Below are positions 12,001-20,759 of a stretch of DNA of 64,000 bases, one piece after another. The DNA lies in NCBI GenBank assembly GCA_965202585.1, contig OZ241829.1, forward strand, positions 24,552,001 to 24,616,000. Reading direction: 5' to 3'. The DNA comes from Thalia democratica. Taxonomy: Eukaryota. Positions within the stretch are counted from its first letter, which is position 1. Each line of letters starts with the position of its first letter. The notes below the pieces were generated by a model. The model was not told the DNA's origin, did no database searches, and worked only from the letters and a program-made list of their open reading frames with translations. A program made the position numbers and the translations under genes.

Positions 12001-13574
12001 TATTGAGTTTAGGATTTTTGTAAATTTAAATTATTTTTTTCATAAATCAAACCATTTTTATCTAATTTAAGGGCATAATTACCTTTTGTTACAAATTCAA
12101 AATTGTGAAGATAATTAATCGAACACCGTGTGTTTAGAGAAACCAATAATTGCATTAGCCCGACTCGAGATAAGCACAGCTTAATAAGTTTTTCTTTAAT
12201 ATCCAGTCATTAGGCTTAATTAGGCAAGTGCACCAAGCGCTAATGGCAGGGAATCGAATGAGGCGAATTACGAGGTTTCATTATGTGAGAATTACGATAA
12301 GGTGATTGCAAATAGGAGAGAGTTGCAAGATCAAAGAGTGGCGTCACGGTTGAGTAAGCACGATGTTGCAACCGGTGTTAGCTGACTTGTTACTAACGAC
12401 TTTGCGTTGTTACAAGGCGACTTTAATTAAGATCATTAAATTTAACTTTGGCCGTAATGTGTAAATGGGCAGTAAAATTAGTCGCTTAAAAGGAAGTTTA
12501 AGCTTAAATCTAATATGGTGGACTAGAATCTGTTCCCAAGCTATTAGACAAGTTTTAAATCTATAATAGTTAAATGTGTACATTTAAAGGAGTAGTAATG
12601 TGTACATTTAATGTCTTGTTGTTTATTTTTAATACGAAAAATGTTACAAGTTTAATTTACATTAAATAATTTGTTGAACTTCAAGTTTTTTTTATAACTG
12701 ACAAGTTGGTTTTGGGTAAACTGAAATTTAAAAGCTTTAAGGTCAAAGTTCAATTTTATACAACTTATAATTTCAGCAGATCAAATTAGAGTAAATTAAA
12801 AACCAAACGGTTACTTAAATTCATGAAAGTATATTTGCTTGACTTTGCTGAAATTGAATTAATTAGTTATACATTTTAAAATTTTTAAAAAGTAACTAAG
12901 TTAATTAAAACAAGATGTATGTTTAAGTTCGATTTGTAATTTAGATAAAAATCATTAAACTAATTTCTTCAAAATATCATTAGAGGCAAGTTTTTAAATA
13001 ACCTAAGCAATTAAAAGAAGAAAAACAGCGAAACCGGAAAGAAGACAAGTATAAACAAAAATAAAACATGATATACTCGTTATGTACCTTCTGATTATCT
13101 CTTGCCGATAAATTTAATGAAATAATGGATTTAGTGTTCTTAGACATTTTTCAACCAAGAAACTTGGATATAATAGTTGTTGTTAAGTTTTTGAAACATT
13201 AACTTGTAACTTTTTTTTATACAGTAGTTTTATTTTTGTAGTCGTAGCTTTTAACAAACAATTGCATTAAATTTGTTTATTTATATATCTTTTATTCAAA
13301 AAAGAACATAAAGATTTTGCAGATATTTTTAAAACAGCGATTAACTTCCAACATTTTCGTATCTTTTAACGGTACTAACCAAACTAAAAATGCTACCAAT
13401 AAGTAAACATTTTAGAAGAAAAATTCTCAAACAAAATTCAACCTGCGAGTTGATCTTCTTCCGAGCCGAGGCCGCCCTTTTGTGAAACAGGATCAGTTTT
13501 TCGTTCGCTTCGTTGAACTTTGTCTGCCAGTCGATGGTGACGTCATCGCCGTCATTGTGACGCGACTCCTCCAT
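1..13574 (-). CDS. PLEKHH: PLEKHH1/2 (MAX-1) family gene: coiled coil - PH - PH - MyTH4 (FERM end lies outside the window); gene-level span
   Basis: 16 exons with canonical AG/GT sites chain in one continuous frame from ATG 13574 to 746. Recognised family motifs: IDWQTKF, KTMQIKAWVMKTL, PPLH..WETKIYNMAKSG, TVPVYAKLKG, ESDYAIPPDAY, PH1 KCGYLKKLSGKSRQWKKRWFVL and pre-MyTH4 LWLRWPAMVHSTES. Exons between 746 and 1 are only tentatively resolved (candidates near 194-250 and 1-61). Confidence 0.9.
746..970 (-). CDS. PLEKHH: PLEKHH exon 16 (PH2 end and linker to MyTH4)
   Basis: tcaaag/gtgagc flanks; SLWLRWPAMVHSTESDCSKHLSTSSSQDSKLE resembles the family IWRHPTLCHSKEG...LTTLPSEALQTE segment. Confidence 0.85.
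1483..1665 (-). CDS. PLEKHH: PLEKHH exon 15 (divergent PH2 region)
   Basis: ttctcag/gtgagt flanks, 183 nt open. Confidence 0.75.
2520..2686 (-). CDS. PLEKHH: PLEKHH exon 14
   Basis: taacag/gtgagt flanks, 167 nt, open and phase compatible. Confidence 0.75.
3012..3198 (-). CDS. PLEKHH: PLEKHH exon 13 (second half of PH1, TYYLAASSPNQAGEWAK)
   Basis: aaacag/gtaagt flanks; PH C-terminal helix Trp present. Confidence 0.85.
3370..4201. mobile_element. Non-autonomous Tc1/mariner-pogo-type element in a PLEKHH intron
   Basis: 25-bp TIR CAGTA(C/T)ACTACCGCTTAAGTACGCA (24/25 match), flanked by TA on both sides; subterminal GTGCGTACTT repeats; no ORF. Confidence 0.85.
4294..4631 (-). CDS. PLEKHH: PLEKHH exon 12 (ESDYAIPPDAY plus first half of PH1)
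   Basis: ttgcag/gttggt flanks; KCGYLKKLSGKSRQWKKRWFVLQRGRMTFYKTS is a canonical PH-domain start. Confidence 0.92.
5483..5496. promoter_or_regulatory. Candidate RFX X-box
   Basis: GTTGTCATGGTAAC, a near-perfect palindrome fitting the RFX/DAF-19 consensus GTNRCC-N(0-3)-RGYAAC (one mismatch), inside a GC-rich intronic island. Confidence 0.45.
5638..5893 (-). CDS. PLEKHH: PLEKHH exon 11 (RAQQIRKD...SRAIKR)
   Basis: tcatag/gtttgt flanks, 256 nt, open and GC-rich. Confidence 0.8.
6032..6073 (-). CDS. PLEKHH: PLEKHH exon 10 (AKPLTVPVYAKLKG)
   Basis: ttttcag/gtgagt flanks, 42 nt; family VPVY..LKG motif. Confidence 0.85.
7876..7934 (-). CDS. PLEKHH: PLEKHH exon 9
   Basis: taacag/gtacgt flanks, 59 nt, phase compatible. 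Confidence 0.7.
8134..8212 (-). CDS. PLEKHH: PLEKHH exon 8 (ETKIYNMAKSG...)
   Basis: atacag/gtgagt flanks; continues the W-E-x-x-I-Y-x-x-AKSG motif. Confidence 0.85.
8371..8853 (-). CDS. PLEKHH: PLEKHH exon 7 (AVEEKLME...PPTPPLHQHAVW)
   Basis: caaccag/gtaaga flanks, 483 nt; ends in the conserved PPTPPLH..W motif. Confidence 0.9.
9303..9379 (-). CDS. PLEKHH: PLEKHH exon 6
   Basis: acacag/gtgcaa flanks, 77 nt, GC-rich, phase compatible. Confidence 0.7.
9840..9921 (-). CDS. PLEKHH: PLEKHH exon 5 (DAEERKKL...RELQ)
   Basis: accag/gtttgt flanks, 82 nt, phase compatible with neighbours. Confidence 0.75.
10423..10506 (-). CDS. PLEKHH: PLEKHH exon 4 (LNARKRDQAALREKTMQIKAWVMKTLKV)
   Basis: ttttcag/gtgaga flanks, 84 nt; matches the family KAAKIKEWV motif. 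Confidence 0.85.
11390..11503 (-). CDS. PLEKHH: PLEKHH exon 3 (LATLKAAP...QKLKVE)
   Basis: aaacag/gtgagt flanks, 114 nt, coiled coil. Confidence 0.8.
11839..11922 (-). CDS. PLEKHH: PLEKHH exon 2 (IEKLKLTLKE...AEKE)
   Basis: ttcag/gtaaaa flanks, 84 nt, phase 0, coiled coil. Confidence 0.8.
13443..13574 (-). CDS. PLEKHH: PLEKHH coding exon 1 (MEESRHND...KKINSQ)
   Basis: Acceptor ttgacag before 13589, ATG at 13574, donor GT at 13442; 44 codons resembling the PLEKHH N-terminus. Confidence 0.85.
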
Positions 13575-15144
13575 GCTTCCGGCGATCAGCTGTCAAAATT
13601 CCTTATGTGACGTAACACTCGAACGTTAAAATGAACTTTAAACAGACCTGAAAAAAAATTAACTGTAAAACTTTTTGCGTGGATTTTACGATAATGCGAA
13701 ACCGATTTATTAGACTTAGTTCAGAATAAATATAATTTTTTATTGCTTTACAACTCATCCTTTTTACGTGCGTTAGACAATGGGCAGTAAAGTTAAAACT
13801 TTTATTGTTCCGCACTAATAAAATAACTTTATTGGGCTCTTTTCATATGCCAAAGCTCAAGTTAAGTTGTTGCTTTTGCTGCTTAATGCTAGCAAAACCA
13901 GCTTGTGTATTTAAACAAACACTAATGTCAATAAACCTCGAAATGTCAAAGACAGTAAAAATAAATAAGGCGTAATCGAAAGAAGCAGACAAAATTTATT
14001 TGCTTTACATACAAAATTGTGTGACAAGCAAAATGTATACAAATTTTTGGTATCATCAGCAATAAACTAATTTAAGTTGTGCTAAGATTTCTTTAATTGA
14101 TTGTACGCTTAGTTTTTGAATAACGATTTTTTTTTTAAACGTTTAGACTTAGAGAATAAAATTTTGCAGCTGCTAAACACAAGCGCAGTTAAGTATGCTA
14201 AAACTTATAAACTGAAGATGTTTATTAACTAATAGGAAAAAATATAAACAAAACTTGTAAAGTATAATTTGCTTCGAAAAAAAATTAATTTGTAACCATA
14301 AAAACTCAACCAATTACTTACAGTAACAAACCTAACTTGTTTGAAAAACAAAAACGAAGCAAACAAAAAACAAGCTTCAACTGCCCGTTGGTCGAGCAAT
14401 TAGCCTGCAAAAACCTTCCTGGAAAAACTAAAAACTAAATACAAATTCTGCGTTCACAAAGCATTATAACCAAGCCAACATCCCCGAAGCTAACCGCAGC
14501 CAAATCCGCCTTTAAGCTCATGCGAAAAAAAAGTCAGCAACTTTTTTCTTATTACAAGCGCAACAGTGCTGGGAGTCAGTAAGTTGCTTTCAAATAAGTC
14601 GCTAAACGCTTCGCTGCCCGCTCGTGCAGCTTGCGATAACTATCTAGTATGCGAGAGCTACACACAACACAATATAGCTGCCAAGTTTCGTTGTTGCGCG
14701 GCGCCCACTAACGGTTGTAAAAATTATTTTAAATTCTCAACTTTTATTTTGAACTTTTGTACGTATTGTTTTTTAGTTTGTAATTGATTTTTACTGGCGC
14801 AACGGATAAAGTTTATAAAAATATTAGCAATCGAGTTGGATAAATACATTTTTTTTGTCACAGTTTTTGTTATTCTGTTATTTAGATTTAATTTTTTGAA
14901 ATGTTTGTAAAGCACCAAAAGACACAATTTAAATAACTTGAATCTGAAACCAATAGTATTTTTTTGTGGCTAATCATCACTACAGTATTTAGATAAATAT
15001 ACCTTTTAAATTTCTTATTTACTATAGTATAAAAAAAGAAGCTTATACTTAAGTTCACTAGACCGCACGGAACTACCATCAAGAACAGCTTATGTGACAA
15101 CCAAAGAAGTAGGTAACAGTTGTCACATATAGTACAGTCTAGTG

Positions 15145-15300
15145 CAGTGCTTCTGAACCTTTTTCTAGTGGACGAACCCTTTTCCAAAGTTCAACTTTTC
15201 CGCGGAGCCCCTAATTTTAATTTTACATCAAATGTAAATAATTTTTACATAAATTTTTAAGTTTTGAAAGGCTTCGCGGAACCCCATTTCAGAAGCAATG
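15145..15300. mobile_element. hAT (Charlie/Buster-type) MITE
   Basis: TIR CAGTGCTTCTGAA / TTCAGAAGCAATG; 8-bp TSD GTCTAGTG / GTATAGTG (7/8). Confidence 0.8.
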
Positions 15301-15750
15301 GTATAGTGCTTATTGTCTATTTGTCATGGACAATGACGTTAAACTGTATCCAAGTGGTGTACGACTCGATAACCGAAAGGTTCCTTTGTACACAACTTCC
15401 TAGGACCAAATATTTTGAGCGCTATTGAATGGAAAAAATCCAAGCTTTGCTGAAGATAGCCACAATACTTACAAATCAAGTTACACAAAATCTTAATTTT
15501 CATTTAGCAATAAACCTCAATTTTTTTATTAAATTACTTATACTTTATTGCTGTTTTATTTGATTTTAACAAATTTAACTTTAGATTTTGTATGTTTTAT
15601 ATGTAAACAAGTATTAAGTAGTTCCTTTAAAAGCATTGCTTAAAACTGAGTTGGAATAGTACAAGTTTTAAACTTGAACTTTCATATAATAGAAATAGCT
15701 TAAAAACAGCAAAAACTTTTACTTTTTATAATAGGTCTAAAAAACTTAAC

Positions 15751-15994
15751 GGTATACTAGCAAAATCCACCCGCGTTTAAAATCCACCCGATCAAAATCC
15801 ACCCACTATTTTTTTCCTTATTTAATAGTTTATGTAATATATTTTTTGCGTTTTTTTTATTTATTTTTAATTTATTTTTACAATCACTGTTACCCCGAAC
15901 CCTTACCCTCGATCGGCAAGCGGTTCTCGAATTTAACTTGGAGGATTTTGAACACGGGTGGATTTTAATCGCGGATGGATTTTGAACGTGCCCC
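15751..15994. mobile_element. Small foldback/MITE with AAAATCCACCC subterminal repeats
   Basis: AAAATCCACCC x3 on the left, inverted GG(G/A)TGGATTTT x2 on the right; central ACCCCGAACCCTTACCCT shared with the 16.3/38.5 kb family; TSD not resolved. Confidence 0.6.
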
Positions 15995-16338
15995 TTTAGA
16001 TTATACTAAAGTAAAATTTACTTTTATTATACTAAAGTTTTGCTAGAACCTCGCTTATTTAAGTCCCGCTCAATCCTGTTTAAGTACAAGAATAGATATT
16101 TTTGAGCTGAATCATAACATTTACATAAATATTAAGATATAATGGTTGTTGTAAAAACTTGAGTGAAAAGCGTCAATTTCTTTATCGTTTTCGATAAATC
16201 TAACGTAATTTAGAATCAAATCAACTTAAAGAAAAACTCAATCATTTTACTGTTATTTAAAGTTGCTCTTGACTTCCATTTAACCATTGAGCAAATAGTA
16301 AGCTCAACTGGTATTCTAAACTCTACAATCATAATTTC

Positions 16339-16980
16339 GGGAACGGGTCAAAATTGCTCGAAGACAAAATTGCACGAGGTTACTAAATTGCACGAGCGGA
16401 CTAAATTGCACGAAGATACTTTCGCACAAAGACAAATTTGCATGAGGGGACTAAATTACACGAGCACAGAAAATTTCACAATAAAAATTTTGCACCAAGG
16501 GTCAATTTTGGACGGAAGGTAATTTTTGCACGAGAGTGAAAAAATTGAAAATATATATGTAAAAAAACAAAAAAAAACTAAAAGATAAATTAACAGAAAA
16601 TAAGTTACTGACCGAGGGTAAGGGTTAGGGGTAACAGTGATAATAAAAACAAATAAAAAAATAACTAATAAAAATTATTACGAAAAAAATTAATGAACAA
16701 AAATAAATTAATTAAAAAGAAAAAAAGCTACCGACCGAGCGTAAAGGTTAGGGGTAATAGTGGTAACAAAAATTTTCTTTTTATGAAAATTGATACAAAA
16801 ATAAAAAATAAAAATCAATCTTGCAAAATTGTCTGCTCGTGCAAAAATGACCCTTAGTGCAAAAGTATCTTCGTGCAATTTTATCCCCTCGTGCAAAAGT
16901 GTCTTCAAGCAAAAGTATCTTCGTGCAAGTTTGTGCTCTCGTTCAATTTTGTACGCTCGTGTAAATATGACAGCTACCCC
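16339..16980 (+). mobile_element. Foldback element with arrays of TTGCACGA repeats (copy 1)
   Basis: Left arm repeats AAATTGCACGA, right arm the inverted TCGTGCAA; centre has AGGGTAAGGGTTAGGGGTAACAGTG; inverted paralog at 38503-39076. Confidence 0.8.
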
Positions 16981-17917
16981 ATAGTTTCAGTAGAAAAATA
17001 AGCTATATGAAAAATGTTATTTAAAGTTTTTACATCGGGAAAAGAAGATGTGTTACTAAGCCTATTTTACTATAGATTTTAAGTATTTATATTTACCGAT
17101 AATATAAGTATTCAGGGTGGTCACAAGTATTGTATAAACCAACTTCAAAATATTGTTGCTTAAGTTTCCACAATGACTATGAACACACTGCTTAAAACTT
17201 TAATCTAATAAAATACTTTACTACAAACATATACACGTATATTTGCTATTAGAACCTTTAATTAGCTTTTTATAATTTGACCACAAAAGCTGAGATTTAA
17301 AAATACAAGTAATTTTAATTAAAAACTAGAGTTGATTTTTATTCGGCAACAAGTATTAATGAAACTAATTTAGTAGCAAAGTAACAAACTTTTACCATTA
17401 TAATACAAGTTTAGTATTTGCAACTGATTTTGATTTACAGTAATAAGGTAATAATGAAAAAAAAAATTAAATATTCTACTTAAGACAGACATCATAATTT
17501 ACACTAACATAACTTTAAACTAGTTTTCAATTTTGAAAAGAAACTCTACTAGTTACTCTGTACTAAATATTTTGAAATATTTTTTTTTATATCTCTGATA
17601 CTTAATATGTTTTTTAAGTGAACCATTACAGATAGATTTTCAATCGTTTCTTAAATGGTAAATAAAACTCTGTCGTCAGTTTATGTATTTTAGTGAATAC
17701 TAGTACAACGTTGAAAATTTATTCACATCTGTACTTTAATTTAAAATTTTACATAAAAGATTACCATTAATCCTGAATAGCTTTATTGTTATTATATAAA
17801 ACCATTTCCTACAAAGTGTTGAAATTTTATTTACTTCTGTATTATAAAACTATTATTTAGATAAACAGTTTTTAGCATTTTATTGAAAAGCTATACTATA
17901 ATAATTTAAGCTAGACC

Positions 17918-18349
17918 GTGTCTTCTCAACAGTTTGTGTTCGTAAAGTCTAACAGTTTAAAAGAAATGATAAAATTCAGAGGAGCTCCTATGAGACCAGA
18001 TGTTGCAGAGGCCAAAACTTTGGTGGATGGCTATGAAGTGGCGATCTTAACTCGACACAGATTGGTTTCTACCAAACTGAACTTGTTCGATCAGGCGCTC
18101 AGAGCACAGATAGGTGAGACGGCAAAGGCAAATAATCAGCTATATAAAGCAAGGGTGCCTGATTGGAAAACTATTGGAGTAGTAATATGCTGGAATGGCG
18201 AATATTTGGAAAACACATCTCCGTCTGCACATGTTGTCAATTTCGTTCTTGAAGACAAATATAGACGAAAAATAACGTTAAGAAGACCCGCTGGGTATGT
18301 GAAATCTGACAGTGAAGATAGTGAAGATCATGTTGACCATCAAGATTAA
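17918..18349 (+). CDS. Orphan 143-aa ORF; possible PD-(D/E)xK restriction-like endonuclease fragment of an R2-superfamily retrotransposon
   Basis: Coding-like GC island. RPD(x9)YEVAI ... KANNQLY ... TIGVVICWNGEY parallels the R2 RLE pattern KPD...VDVQV...KRNKY...TISWRGVW. No upstream CCHC or RT visible. A possible acceptor ttcag lies at about 17978. Confidence 0.35.
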   Translation: MSSQQFVFVKSNSLKEMIKFRGAPMRPDVAEAKTLVDGYEVAILTRHRLVSTKLNLFDQALRAQIGETAKANNQLYKARVPDWKTIGVVICWNGEYLENTSPSAHVVNFVLEDKYRRKITLRRPAGYVKSDSEDSEDHVDHQD

Positions 18350-18874
18350 ATTAATGATGAAAATCAAGATAATGGTGAAGATTTATATTTTATAAACTTT
18401 TTTTTGTGTTGAATAAGCGCTATGTTCAATGTTTAGTTCTAAGACACTATTGTGTTTTTCTATTTAAAACTGTGTGTTATTAAAGACCCGATTTCAGTTT
18501 AATAATAATAAAAAGTTTTCACTTCTAGTTATTTGACGTTGTAATAAATGAAGAAGCATAGTTTATTATTACTTTAAATTAAAAATGATCAAAGTATGAT
18601 TTGTTACCATAGGTAATTAATCTTGTAATACTGCACGTACGGTTGTGATATCAGACTGAAAGTTATTTTCACAAAATACTGAGTAATTATTTTATGTAGT
18701 AAATTTTAAAGTGATTAAATTACAGCTTTTCATTTTTTATTTTTGGAATTAAAACGTTCAGAATATCTTTCCAGAATAGTAGTTTTCTAACCACTGGAGT
18801 TAATTCAGATACTACTAAATACGTCACAGATAATTATTAATTGTTAAAACATGAGCTAACATAAAAAGTTCTTG

Positions 18875-18920
18875 CGGCTTACTGACGAGTTTCAATAACA
18901 ACGAAACCCGGGTCTCAGTC
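18875..18920 (+). ncRNA. Type I hammerhead ribozyme motif (somewhat degenerate)
   Basis: CTGACGA (18882-88), stem II GTT..AAC with loop TCAATAAC, GAAA (18903-06), minimal palindromic stem III C-CCGG-G, cleavage triplet GTC (18912-14); stem I GGCTTA/TCAGTC pairs at 5 of 6 positions. Confidence 0.7.
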
Positions 18921-19065
18921 TTCCGAAAGCTTGTAGTGTGATGAACGAATTAGTATGATCAAACTTTTGTATAAATATAACTTTTTACGTTTGATATAAT
19001 TAAAGAATAAACTATTTTACTTCAGTAATTTTACTATTTTACTTGTAGTGTGTAATAGACGAGGC

Positions 19066-19466
19066 CGGGGGTCGGTAAATTGTGACTCGCCAAGCAAAAA
19101 CTTGTGGCCTGCGACCTTCTTTCTATCTTATATAAACTTAATGCACAAGAATTTTTTAGATTTTTTATATAAAAAATACAATCATTTTGCTTTATTTACA
19201 AACTTTGCTCCTTTTTATTTATTGTTTATTGGACAATAAAAAAACGCGCTCAAATAGTTTGGTCTAAGGACCCGGTGTACGAAAAAACATTTAGGTTCAA
19301 GTTTTTTTTTTGTTACACAGCTACTGTTGTACAACATCTTTTTATTTTCAGTTTAGAATTTTCAAAAAAGCTTTTGACCGTGAAGAAGTTTATCTTTTGA
19401 TATGCCCCGCAAAGAATTTTTTTTTGTAGATCTGGCCTCTAACTCATTTAAGGCTGCCGACTTCTG
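19066..19466. mobile_element. Decayed hAT MITE
   Basis: Ends CGGGGGTCGGTAAAT / GCTGCCGACTTCTG resemble the CAGGGGTCGGCAAAC family TIR; TSD not retained. Confidence 0.5.
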
Positions 19467-19510
19467 TACATTAATTAATAATCTTAATTTGAGTTCTGTT
19501 TAGTTTAGAG

Positions 19511-19800
19511 CAAGATTTGGCAAACTGCGGCCCGTCAATGTATCTTTTGAATAAAAGATACTTTTAAACAAGTTTCTTCTGGCAATGTTTCACAATAAAG
19601 ATCCTGAAAAAAAAAAATTATAGCTGCTCTATTATAGTTTATTTTATCAGATTTTTGGTTTAAAATAGTAATTTTTGCTGAATATTTTTATTTATTCAAA
19701 ATACTGCGACTCGCGGATTTCGTTTTTCTATACATTGCGGCCAGTGATCAACTTCTTCAAGGATAATTGGTCCATTACTTATCAATTCAGCCGACCCCTG
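19511..19800. mobile_element. Decayed hAT MITE
   Basis: CAAGATTTGGCAAACTGCGGCCCG ... GCCGACCCCTG ends, with GCGGCC subterminal motifs. Confidence 0.55.
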
Positions 19801-20759
19801 ATTTAAGTTGATTAAACAGTATATCTTATTTTTAGTTAGAGTTTAGTTTAGATTTAGAGTAGTTCAGTACAAATTAAACTTCAGTCTAGATAAGTAAAAT
19901 TTAATATTACGTCATAATAAAGTTTTTAAATTTTTAAACTAAAGTTTATCTTTATGTTTTGTATTTAGTATGATAATAAACAAGACTAGTTTTCTTTAAC
20001 ACTTGTTTTATTTTACTTCTAGTTTTATGCAAAACCACTGTTTTTACAAATAGTTTCTCTATATTCAGACTAACTTATTACGTATTGACAAATTCATGTA
20101 AGCTAGTAATTGTCTTACTATAAGTTAGTGAGTCTTACTTAAACTCTTTATTATTTTTTTGTTTAAAACCTTCTACATTGAATTTTTATTCAACCTTTTT
20201 TATTCATAAACAGTTGAACGATTGTTTTATTACTATAAAGCAAGTTTTCACCGTTTTTACCTTACTTTCTACTAATTCTTATAGGGTTCTTTACTAATGA
20301 AGCTTTTTTATATAAAGCTTGTAAGCTTTTTGAAAAAAATAAGTTTTAAAGCTTTTACGTCTTATAAGCATGTTGAACAGAGAAGACAGAAGGTAGATGA
20401 CTCTACTAAATAAACAAACAATACTAGGTTGTCAGCTTTGAAAAACAGTTACAAGTTTCAACAGATGTAAAGAAATAGCATAATATTATGTAGTATAATT
20501 TTTTTCTGATAAATAACTTTATCTTTATAGCAAAGAACTTATATTTATTTAACAAACTTTCGATATAATTATATTTTTGCTGGAAATCTCTGCTCAATTT
20601 GTGCAAAAACTTTTTTATAAATAAATGACCCTATAGACTTCAATCTTCTAAACTACACTTGATTCTTTAAGTAATCATTAGAATAACGCTTAAAAGCCAT
20701 TTTAACTTCTAATAAGCTCTTTATATTCTCGTGATTTAAATTAAATACGTTTTTCTCCA

